A DNA stretch of 64,000 nucleotides from Eubacteriales bacterium (GTDB lineage: Bacteria; Bacillota; Clostridia; Acetivibrionales; JANLFN01). Positions 49,064-56,998 of the stretch are shown in pieces (the stretch's first letter is position 1; every line of letters begins with the position of its first letter). The stretch lies in assembly GCA_024655885.1 (NCBI GenBank), contig JANLFN010000003.1, forward strand, positions 30,792 through 94,791, written 5' to 3'. The notes below the pieces were generated by a model. It did no database searches. It worked only from the letters and a program-made list of their open reading frames with translations, and had not been told where the DNA came from. The position numbers and the translations under genes were made by a program.

Positions 49064-49996
49064 TCAATTCACAAATATCTTCCCCACGGCATCGGCCACA
49101 TCCTTGATCAGCGGTACGGTTATCATAATCACGGTGATGGATGCAAATATGAAAACCGAAAGGGTCCCCCTCCATTTGCAGCTTTCAGTCTCCGCCTGGA
49201 TGTAGTTGAAATACTTATTGAACATGTACTGCTCCTGCCTGGCCAGCAGTTCCCGGTTATCCCCGGTTTCAACGCCCTGTTTCAACGCAACGCAGAGGGT
49301 TTCCGCCTCCTGCAGGTCAAAGTTGGACCGGAACTCCTCCAGCGCCCGGTCAATGTCCAGGGTGAGCTCATACCTTGCCGCCAGCTGGATCAGGATTTCC
49401 TTGAGTTTTTTGTCCTCAATGACCATGTAAACGGTTTTTATCGCATCCGTAGGTTTAATGCCGGAGCTTATCTGGTTATGCAGGTATTTATAGATCTTAT
49501 ACACATGCCTGCCGAATTTCATGGACATCTCCCTTTTTCCTCTGTAAACCACGTATTCCACCGTAAAAAAGATCATCAGGGAAACCGCCACCGAATAGCG
49601 GACATGGGGATAGTTAAGGACGTAGACCAGGATGAATGCGAGCATGGGAAAAACGTACTTGAAAAAAAGATAGATTGTGGCCGAGTGTTCCCCGCTGTAG
49701 CCCGACTTCACCAATTTTTCCCTGGTTTCCGCATAGAATCCCCAGCGGCCGGTTTTTCTCGCATATTCACCGATGAGCTCCATTACGGAATGGACGGCTC
49801 TCCTGTAAAGCGAGTAATTTTTGTTCCTTCCCGCCATAGCCTCACCCAGCCGTGGGTTGGTATAGACACTCAGCTTCACAAGAAGGGCATGGGCAAGGAT
49901 GAGGTTTAAAGCAGCCATAGCCAGGCAGAACAGTTTATGGCCGGATGCAAAAACAGCGATATCTCTCATTTGTAGTTTTATCCCTCCTCCCATCAA
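49064..49996 (-). CDS. tadC: type II secretion system F-family platform protein (TadC-like)
   Basis: 310-aa polytopic protein with a cytoplasmic helical domain between TM segments. Start overlaps the stop of the preceding gene (ATGA). Confidence 0.6.
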   Translation of the reverse strand: MMGGGIKLQMRDIAVFASGHKLFCLAMAALNLILAHALLVKLSVYTNPRLGEAMAGRNKNYSLYRRAVHSVMELIGEYARKTGRWGFYAETREKLVKSGYSGEHSATIYLFFKYVFPMLAFILVYVLNYPHVRYSVAVSLMIFFTVEYVVYRGKREMSMKFGRHVYKIYKYLHNQISSGIKPTDAIKTVYMVIEDKKLKEILIQLAARYELTLDIDRALEEFRSNFDLQEAETLCVALKQGVETGDNRELLARQEQYMFNKYFNYIQAETESCKWRGTLSVFIFASITVIMITVPLIKDVADAVGKIFVN

Positions 49997-50958
49997 TGTT
50001 TGAACCTTGTAATGCCAAAGGAAAAGTATACCCCTCCCGCAAAGAGGAGGGTAAAAAACGCAAGCAGCAATTTTCCTTCCGTCGTTGCCAGATAATACTG
50101 CTCAACCCTGGGGTTGAATTTAAGAAAAAAATAGCCTATGATCAAAACCAAGAACATCAACACAAATATCAGCAGCCTGTCCTTGTAGGTGGATATCTTG
50201 CGCCTGTCATACTCCTCCTCCAGTTTGTAAAACTGGGCCTCCATGTTTGTAAGCAGCTTTGTAATATCCCCGCGGAACTTAATATTCTGTTTGATATTGA
50301 TAACGAAATCCTTGAACTGGGCGTTATCCACTTTCATCTGCAAAAGGTCCAGGGCCTCCAGAGGGTTTATTCCGCATCTGACCTGGATGCACATGTCCCG
50401 GATGAAGGTGCGGAGAGGCTCGCCGATGCCGGATTCGGTGGATCTTTCAAAGGCATAGAATATATCCTCCTTGACGGTGCACCACCGGTTTAGGACCGAA
50501 ATAAACTCCGCCAGCTTTCTTCTTATTTTTTCCGAGTTATACCTGCCCAGGAGGTCAAGCAGGAAGGCGGGGACGAGGGAAAACATCCCGCAGATTACGG
50601 CGGTGGACGGCACAAAGTACAAAATCCTGTAAACAGGCGGAAAAGTGAGTATAAAAACCAAAACCGAAACCAGCAGCAGGACGTAAAAATTCATGAAAGG
50701 GATATACTGCCTGATGTTCGATTTGTCAATCAGCGTTAATTCCAGTCTTTCAACCAGGCTCAGTTTTACCGAAATCGTCCTCGTGTACTTTCGTGCTTCC
50801 CGTTGAAGCCTCCGGTTCCTGTAGTCCCCGTTCAGCCTGTCCAGGCCCAGGGATAAAGCCTTTTTAATGCTAATGCGGGATGCAAGGGTGTAGGCCAGGA
50901 GGATTGTAAAAGCCGCAAGCAGCACCGAATTCACAATCAGGAGCAGTGAATACTTCAA
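49993..50958 (-). CDS. tadB: type II secretion system F-family platform protein (TadB-like)
   Basis: 321 aa, N-terminal TM, central soluble domain (...GINPLEALDLL...), C-terminal TM pair. Overlaps the ATPase gene stop. Confidence 0.6.
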   Translation of the reverse strand: MKYSLLLIVNSVLLAAFTILLAYTLASRISIKKALSLGLDRLNGDYRNRRLQREARKYTRTISVKLSLVERLELTLIDKSNIRQYIPFMNFYVLLLVSVLVFILTFPPVYRILYFVPSTAVICGMFSLVPAFLLDLLGRYNSEKIRRKLAEFISVLNRWCTVKEDIFYAFERSTESGIGEPLRTFIRDMCIQVRCGINPLEALDLLQMKVDNAQFKDFVINIKQNIKFRGDITKLLTNMEAQFYKLEEEYDRRKISTYKDRLLIFVLMFLVLIIGYFFLKFNPRVEQYYLATTEGKLLLAFFTLLFAGGVYFSFGITRFKH

Positions 50959-52247
50959 AGCTGTCCCCTCCTTTGAAGCTGCTGTTTCAGCCGGCTGCCC
51001 ACATCCCCGTATTTTTTGAAGGTGCCTGTGATGAACCCTCCGCTGTCTTCCTTTTGAATTTCAAAGCCGAACAGCCTGTTGTATTTGTAGCTGTCACTGC
51101 CGCCGTCATACCCCAGCACCTCGATTACATCCACCACCTTGAAGCTTTTGAGATAAAAAATGACGTCGATGCTCTTGGCCATCATTTCCTTGATGGTCTT
51201 TTCACTTTCTCCGGTGTTGGAGCCTTTGCTCAGGGTGAGAAGCCTTGCAAAGGCATCTTCCGCGCTTTCCGCATGAGTGGTGGCGATGCTCCTGTGTCCT
51301 GTAAAGGACGCCTTAATGTATTCCCATGCCTCATCGCCCACAATTTCACCAATACAATAGGTGTCAAGGGACATGGTAAGCCCGTCCCTGACAAGGTCCC
51401 TCAGGGTAATATGCCTTCCGCCCTCGTACTGCTTTTTGATTCTCTGCTCTATGCAGTAGGGCTTGTCAGGGTATATTTCGGCATCCGACTCCACAATTAA
51501 AACCCTTTCCATTTCGGGAAGCTGGTTTACAAAAGCCCTCATAAGGGTAGTCTTTCCCGCCGCACCCTTTCCGCAGAACAACACCGTTGCATCGGTGCAG
51601 GCCAGCTTTCTTATGAAGCCTTCCATTTCTTCATTCATCATCCCCAGCATGGTAAGGTCGGATAGGGTATAGCTGGCCTTCCTGTGTTTCCTTATGCTGA
51701 TGGAGGGCCCCGATATATTCCTCGGCCTTATTGCCACATTGATCCTCAGCCGGTTCTTCTCATCGGTCACCCTGCAGTGGCTGTCGTTTTCATTCAGTAT
51801 TCCTCCGTTGCGGATGGCCACCAGCTTGCAGTAAACATCGAATATCTGTTCATTTCCGAAATTCACGGGGATAATTTCTCTGATTCCATTCCTTTTTATG
51901 ACAAACTCGTTGTACCGGGTCCCGTCGATATCGCTGATGCTTTCATCGTCTATGTACGGCTGCAGGGCGCCATAGCCGAACATGTAATCGAATACCTTAT
52001 TGATCAGGTCCTCCCGGGAAAGGCCGTAGTGGTACTTGTGCCTGTCCATGTCCTTTATGACCGCCGTCTCCAGCACCGCCCTTTCTACGGCGTTATTGGC
52101 CACATCGGCCACAAGCCCGGGGGATTCCTTTAGAATGTCGTAGGTGATGCTGGAGATGAGAATATTAATGTCGCTGTTGTGTTTGTCTGTCTCCTGGAAA
52201 TTTGCACCTGTGATCAGGGGACTATGAAGCGTACTTACCACGGGCAT
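50955..52247 (-). CDS. tadA: CpaF/TadA-type secretion ATPase (T2SSE/VirB11 superfamily)
   Basis: Walker A GKGAAGKTT, Walker B-like DTYCIGEIVGDEA, His box GHRSIATTHA. 430 aa. Confidence 0.8.
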   Translation of the reverse strand: MPVVSTLHSPLITGANFQETDKHNSDINILISSITYDILKESPGLVADVANNAVERAVLETAVIKDMDRHKYHYGLSREDLINKVFDYMFGYGALQPYIDDESISDIDGTRYNEFVIKRNGIREIIPVNFGNEQIFDVYCKLVAIRNGGILNENDSHCRVTDEKNRLRINVAIRPRNISGPSISIRKHRKASYTLSDLTMLGMMNEEMEGFIRKLACTDATVLFCGKGAAGKTTLMRAFVNQLPEMERVLIVESDAEIYPDKPYCIEQRIKKQYEGGRHITLRDLVRDGLTMSLDTYCIGEIVGDEAWEYIKASFTGHRSIATTHAESAEDAFARLLTLSKGSNTGESEKTIKEMMAKSIDVIFYLKSFKVVDVIEVLGYDGGSDSYKYNRLFGFEIQKEDSGGFITGTFKKYGDVGSRLKQQLQRRGQL

Positions 52248-53970
52248 TCCTTTTTAACCTCCTTCCGGCTTTGATCCGTGCCAGCCGTAGAAATGACCTG
52301 CACAAGGCCTTCAAGCCGGCGGACCACCTCTTTAATTTTTGTATGGGGGATTGGGGGGCCAGTATGTCAAACCTGGACAGGATGCCCATATAATCATTCA
52401 AGGTTTTGCCGTCCATGCGCTTCACAAAGGAAGCTTTAAGGTTCCTGCACCTTGCGCGCTTGTCGGAGTACCTGACAGAACCCAGAAAATTCTGCTCGGT
52501 TATTTCCATAATCACCTTGCGTCCCAGGTTGAAGGCGCCATTGTACTCATAGGCCACATATTTCGTTTTGTTTAAAGGCATATTCTGTTTTTCTTTTAAA
52601 AACATGAGATACCGGTTGAATTCCCTGAACTTGCCCATATCGGCCCTCAGGGCAATAATGTTGTAATCGGATTTGACCAGGGAAACCAGGGTATAGGAAT
52701 CATAGATGGACCTGTTCACCAGCAGTATGGTCACGTCAAAGCTCTGGTATGCCTTCTCTATAAGCTTTATCAGGCTGCTGTCGCTAAAATACTCGTAGTT
52801 TTCCAGGCTGTAGCTGCCCGTCAATACGTGCAGATTCTTCACATCCTTGCGCACAACAGACGCCTCTGCCAGTATTTCAGCGGTCAGCAGGTTTTTGTCT
52901 ATAGAATCCATTACAATGTTTAAACCGCTTTTAGGGATGATATGGTCGCTTATAATGTTTTGGGGATGCCTGGGAAGATTTAAGTGGATGTCGCAGGACG
53001 GCGCCAGAAGGTCCAGGTCAATCAGGAATATCTCCAGGTTGGTCAGCCTGGCGGCCAAATAGGCAAATTCGCACCCGAATTCAGCACTGTCCCACATGGT
53101 CAGGACCAGCTTTTTAAAGGAAACCCTCCTGCCGGAGCCCTCTTTTCTCAAGCCGGTTGGGCTCTCTTCACCCACAACGGCATTTCCGCCCTGCCCTCCT
53201 ATGCTCTCTATATCCTGCAAGACCTCCGCCGCCGTCTGGTACCTCTCCTCCGGATTGAATCTGGTGCACTTTTCTATGATGGCCTCTATTTCCGCAGACA
53301 GGCTCTTGTCGAAATACCGCACCGGCTTTATCTCATAAGGCGGCTCATTGGGGCTCTTTCCCGTCAAGAGGTGGTGCAGGGTAATTCCAAGGCTGTAAAT
53401 GTCGGTTACGGGATTTGTCTGGCCTATTCCGTACTGCTCGGGCGCCGCATACCCCCGGGTGCCTATGTAGATGGTATCGCTGTCCGAGCCGGCTTTATAC
53501 TCCCTGGCAATGCCGAAGTCAATGAGCTTTATGGAGCCGTCGCCGGTGAGAATGATGTTGGAGGGCTTCAGGTCGCGGTAAATGATGGGGTTGGGCTTGA
53601 AATTGTGGAGGTAGGTCAAGACCCCGCATATCTGCTTCGCCCAGCTTACCACCTGATCCTCCGGGAATTTCCCCGCCGAGGCCAGCTCCTTGTCAAGGGA
53701 GCTGCCCTCGATATAGTCTTCGATGATATAAATGCTGCGGCTGTCCTCCACAACGTCAAAAACTCTTGGAAGGGCCGGATGGCTGAGCTTCTTCAGAATA
53801 TTGGGCTCTACCAAAAGGTCCATCCCCGGGCCCGGTTTTTTGCCTATCTCCTTAATGGACCACAGGGTGCCCAGCTTCACATTTTCAGCCAGGTAAACCC
53901 TGCTCATCCCTCCCTGCCCGAGAACTTTCAGTATCCTGTACTTTCCTTCAAACAGCTGTCCCTGCCGCAT
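52222..53970 (-). CDS. Hanks-type Ser/Thr protein kinase fused to a TadZ/CpaE-like (MinD/ParA-fold) domain lacking the P-loop
   Basis: Kinase motifs GQGGMSRVY, WSIKEI, YRDLKPSN, DFGIA, GTRGYAAPE. The C-terminal half LVLTMWDSAEFGCEFAYLAARLTNLEIFLIDLDLL follows the TadZ pattern hhhhh-KGGxGKT-helix-hhhhDhD, but the Walker A is replaced by DSAEFGC. Confidence 0.7.
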   Translation of the reverse strand: MRQGQLFEGKYRILKVLGQGGMSRVYLAENVKLGTLWSIKEIGKKPGPGMDLLVEPNILKKLSHPALPRVFDVVEDSRSIYIIEDYIEGSSLDKELASAGKFPEDQVVSWAKQICGVLTYLHNFKPNPIIYRDLKPSNIILTGDGSIKLIDFGIAREYKAGSDSDTIYIGTRGYAAPEQYGIGQTNPVTDIYSLGITLHHLLTGKSPNEPPYEIKPVRYFDKSLSAEIEAIIEKCTRFNPEERYQTAAEVLQDIESIGGQGGNAVVGEESPTGLRKEGSGRRVSFKKLVLTMWDSAEFGCEFAYLAARLTNLEIFLIDLDLLAPSCDIHLNLPRHPQNIISDHIIPKSGLNIVMDSIDKNLLTAEILAEASVVRKDVKNLHVLTGSYSLENYEYFSDSSLIKLIEKAYQSFDVTILLVNRSIYDSYTLVSLVKSDYNIIALRADMGKFREFNRYLMFLKEKQNMPLNKTKYVAYEYNGAFNLGRKVIMEITEQNFLGSVRYSDKRARCRNLKASFVKRMDGKTLNDYMGILSRFDILAPQSPIQKLKRWSAGLKALCRSFLRLARIKAGRRLKRNARGKYAS

Positions 53971-54045
53971 TTTTACCCCCGTGCCTTAAAGCATGTTTTT
54001 TCATAATATATTAATAAATTACATAAATTATATTATTTGTAATTT

Positions 54046-54074
54046 ATTATAGCACAGGATTTTGCAGATTTCTA
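54046..54074 (-). promoter_or_regulatory. candidate sigma-A promoter of the Tad-like locus
   Basis: Minus strand reads TAGAAA - 17 nt - TGcTATAAT (extended -10). An AT-rich leader with an 8-bp inverted repeat AAATTACA...TGTAATTT follows. Confidence 0.4.
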
Positions 54075-54167
54075 TATATTTTTGTAAAATTATTGAAAAT
54101 TTTTTAATTTTTTATATTTTAGCGCCGGTTATAGAATTGCTTGAATGGTCTTCAGCGAAAGGAAATG

Positions 54168-54872
54168 CTACAATAAAATCCCCATCAGTTCATAAAAATC
54201 TCCCACCCTGGGATCAGCGCCGCCGTGCTTGCCGTACCTGTCCAGCAAAACGGTTTTCATCCCCAGGCTCCCAGGGGTGACATAGTCATTGACATAGTCG
54301 TCCCCTATAAATACTACCTCCTCCGGGAGTACGCCGGCCTTGGACAGGGCGGAATGGTATATGGCCGGGTGAGGCTTGCGCCATCCTTCACGGATTGAGG
54401 TCACCACAAAATCAAAAAAACGGATAATTCCGTTTTGGCTCAAAAGCTCTTCGATCCCGTCTTCCACCATAAAATTGGATACCACGCCCAGAGGGAATCT
54501 CTCTTTAAGCTTTGGAAGTACAGATTTTACATCTTCCTTCACATAGCATTTGGACCGGTAGGTTTTCCAAAAGTTATGGTACAACCTCTTTGAAACTTCA
54601 AAGATTTCTTTTTCCTCCCGGTGGACCAGTTTTTGCCGTACAGCCAGTTCCAGCCTCCGGTACATTTCGCATTCCTCATATTGGGCCAAAGACGCATGAA
54701 GGCTCTCCTTGGCCCATGCATACCCCTCAAGGAATTCCTCGAATCCCCTCCACAGGCCTTCAACGCCCGACCCCTGGTATGCCCACAGGGCGTAGTCCCT
54801 CATTGCAGGCAACTCTGTAAGGTCCACCAGCGTCTCCATGCAGTCGAAAAAAACATATTTTATACCCTTCAT
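54168..54872 (-). CDS. HAD-superfamily hydrolase (subfamily IA-like)
   Basis: Motif I FFDCMETLVD (nucleophile Asp present, second Asp replaced by Met). Motif IV FIGDDYVNDY. The ATG at 54872 has a GAGGGA RBS. Confidence 0.7.
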   Translation of the reverse strand: MKGIKYVFFDCMETLVDLTELPAMRDYALWAYQGSGVEGLWRGFEEFLEGYAWAKESLHASLAQYEECEMYRRLELAVRQKLVHREEKEIFEVSKRLYHNFWKTYRSKCYVKEDVKSVLPKLKERFPLGVVSNFMVEDGIEELLSQNGIIRFFDFVVTSIREGWRKPHPAIYHSALSKAGVLPEEVVFIGDDYVNDYVTPGSLGMKTVLLDRYGKHGGADPRVGDFYELMGILL

Positions 54873-54916
54873 AAAACTCCCTCTATATATGTTGCGAAAA
54901 AGAATTTGCATACTGT

Positions 54917-54971
54917 GCTGAAAGCGCCTCAGCCTCTCAGCTCTTCATCCCGCGCTGAAAGCGCCTCAGCC
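54917..54971. repeat. 18-nt direct repeat GCTGAAAGCGCCTCAGCC (two copies) with CTCAGC motifs
   Basis: Copies at 54917-54934 and 54954-54971. The second copy overlaps the last codons and stop of the radical-SAM gene. CCTCAGCCTCTCAGCTC lies between them. Confidence 0.8.
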
Positions 54972-55868
54972 GTCAACGCCTTCCAGGTTGAAATCAGGGA
55001 TATAGCCTTCCTCTGCCGAATCCCTCTCCTGGATATAGCCGTTTTCAAAACCCAGCTTTAAAAAGTGGTTTACCACCCTGTCATATTCCCTCCTGGTAAT
55101 CCTCCTGTTGATCTTCGGGTGGCAATCCGCCTTATAATAGGGGGTGTACTGGCTCATAAGGCTTACAAGAACATGTCCGGGCAGGTTTGCCTTGATCCAG
55201 TCCAAAATTTTAATGGACTCTTCCGCCAGCCCGGGCAGAATAAGATGTCGGACAATCAAGCCCTTTTGCATCAGCCCTTCCCCGTCGAAAACCGGCGTTC
55301 CGGTCTGTCTGCACATTTCAAGCACGGCTTGGGCGGCCACCTGGAAATAGTCCGGCGCTCCCGAATACTCCCGGGAGGTACCGGGGCTGAAATATTTCAG
55401 GTCGGGCAGGTAAACCTGGACCCGGCCTTCCATTTGCTTTAAGGACTCCAAGCTGTCATACCCGTTTGAATTGTATACCACCGGAATGCTCAACTCCTTT
55501 GCGGCGTCAAGGCTTTCCCTTATTTGCACCGTAAAATGGGAGGGGTTCACCAGATTGATGTTGTGTGCCCCTTTTTGCTGGAGGGACAAATAAATGCGGC
55601 TTAAAGCCTCAATGGAAATTTTCCTTCCGAAATTCTCCTGGCTTATCGTATAGTTCTGGCAGTAAACGCACTTTAAATTGCAGCCCGAAAAAAACACCGC
55701 GCCCGATCCCCTGCTTCCGCTGATGCAGGGCTCCTCCCACATGTGCAGGAAAGCCTTGGCCACCACCGGGAGGCTGCCCATGCCGCAAAAGCCTTTCCCG
55801 GCAGCTCTGTCTATATTGCATGCTCTCGGGCACATGCCGCATTTTGATGCCTTATTTTCCATACCCAT
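54966..55868 (-). CDS. radical SAM protein, PflX-like (homologue of pyruvate formate-lyase activating enzymes)
   Basis: CNLKCVYCQN (CxxxCxxC) plus an N-terminal CGMCPRAC. 300 aa. Confidence 0.75.
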   Translation of the reverse strand: MGMENKASKCGMCPRACNIDRAAGKGFCGMGSLPVVAKAFLHMWEEPCISGSRGSGAVFFSGCNLKCVYCQNYTISQENFGRKISIEALSRIYLSLQQKGAHNINLVNPSHFTVQIRESLDAAKELSIPVVYNSNGYDSLESLKQMEGRVQVYLPDLKYFSPGTSREYSGAPDYFQVAAQAVLEMCRQTGTPVFDGEGLMQKGLIVRHLILPGLAEESIKILDWIKANLPGHVLVSLMSQYTPYYKADCHPKINRRITRREYDRVVNHFLKLGFENGYIQERDSAEEGYIPDFNLEGVDG

Positions 55869-55912
55869 TCACCTTTCACATTCCCTGAAGTTCTTTTAAG
55901 CTTAAAGCCCGG

Positions 55913-55940
55913 CATAAAATAAGGCGCAGGATTGGCCTGC
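55913..55940 (-). terminator. probable terminator after the fliT-like gene
   Basis: Minus strand reads GCAGG-CCAAT-CCTGC followed by GCCTTATTTTATG. Confidence 0.4.
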
Positions 55941-55960
55941 ACCTGAGACTTACCGTGTTT

Positions 55961-56440
55961 TCACTTTTTCTTGTCAATAAAATAGGACGGCATCTGCACC
56001 GGGGCCGGCCTATAAGCCGAAAGAACCTTTTTTCCCTGGCTGATTTTCCCGATCTCCTCTCCAAAGTGCTTTAAAAGCTTTTTGGCTTTATTGCTGTTTT
56101 CAGTTTCAATCCTGCTTATTTCCCTGATTAATTCGACAATCTGTTGTACCTGGTCCTGCAGCTCCTTAACTCCTTTGATCCCACGGTTTTCCACCTGGTC
56201 CAGCCGTTCAACCCCCAGCCCCTGCTTGAACCTCTGAAAATATTCGTTGAATTCATGGTCAAGCCGGTTTATCTCATCAATTTTTTCCTGTTTCCGGGAT
56301 ATCAGCCCTTCCAGGTTATTGATGCTGTCTTCGGTAATGTTTTCGGATTGCTCCTGCGTCAACAGCAACATTTCCTGAAGGAGTTTATACTTTTTCATTG
56401 AAGCTTCCTGCAGCCTTTGGATATACTCATCCGGTACCAT
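55961..56440 (-). CDS. FliT/FlgN-like flagellar export chaperone candidate
   Basis: 159 aa, all-helical and Gln/Glu-rich (YKLLQEMLLLTQEQSENI...). Occupies the position after fliS, as fliT does in Bacillus. Confidence 0.45.
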   Translation of the reverse strand: MVPDEYIQRLQEASMKKYKLLQEMLLLTQEQSENITEDSINNLEGLISRKQEKIDEINRLDHEFNEYFQRFKQGLGVERLDQVENRGIKGVKELQDQVQQIVELIREISRIETENSNKAKKLLKHFGEEIGKISQGKKVLSAYRPAPVQMPSYFIDKKK

Positions 56441-56500
56441 CCCTTAATCCTCCGTTGACCCGTCCCGCAGCGGGTATCTCCTTTTCACGGGCTTTGCTCT

Positions 56501-56530
56501 ATTATACCGCCGGTCCGTTATCCTTGTCAA
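56501..56530 (-). promoter_or_regulatory. consensus sigma-A promoter between fliS and the fliT-like gene
   Basis: Minus strand reads TTGACA - 18 nt - TATAAT, about 60 nt upstream of the ATG at 56440 (GGAGG RBS). Confidence 0.55.
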
Positions 56531-56533
56531 AGC

Positions 56534-56944
56534 CTATTTGGCAATAAGTTTGGACTTCGCTGCATCTCTTTTGGCCGTTTTCATAGCCTGTGTCCAGGCA
56601 TCACGGAGTTCCCTGGAAAAATCCAGCACCTCATCCAGTATCGCCCTGTCTTTTTTTACATTCGCCTCCATCAGCCTCCTGTACATATAGTCATACAGAA
56701 GCATGAGATTGTTGGATACCTCATATTTCATATCCAGTGTGGATTGAAACTCTCTCAGGATGTCCTCCGCTCTGATTATACTCTCATTGGCATTTTCCAT
56801 ATTTCCTTCATCAACCGCCTGCTGGGCCTGCATAATAAACTTAACCAAGCCGTTGTACAGCATAAGGGTAAGTTCTTCCGGGCTTGCAGTAAAAATGGAA
56901 TTCTCTTTATATTGGTTATAGGCTTTATTTATGGCCATAAGCAT
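56534..56944 (-). CDS. fliS: flagellar export chaperone FliS
   Basis: YNQYKENSIFTASPEELTLMLYNGLVKFI and 136 aa. Confidence 0.9.
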   Translation of the reverse strand: MLMAINKAYNQYKENSIFTASPEELTLMLYNGLVKFIMQAQQAVDEGNMENANESIIRAEDILREFQSTLDMKYEVSNNLMLLYDYMYRRLMEANVKKDRAILDEVLDFSRELRDAWTQAMKTAKRDAAKSKLIAK

Positions 56945-56998
56945 TCCTCCGCAGTAATATTGGTATTCGCAAAAATAAGTTCAATATTGCATTCCCTG

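Noticed and set aside
54168-54872. HAD hydrolase with DCMET instead of DxDxT, considered as an inactive enzyme
   Set aside because: The nucleophile Asp is present. HAD subfamilies such as the 2-haloacid dehalogenase-like enzymes naturally lack the second Asp, so this is not evidence of degeneration.
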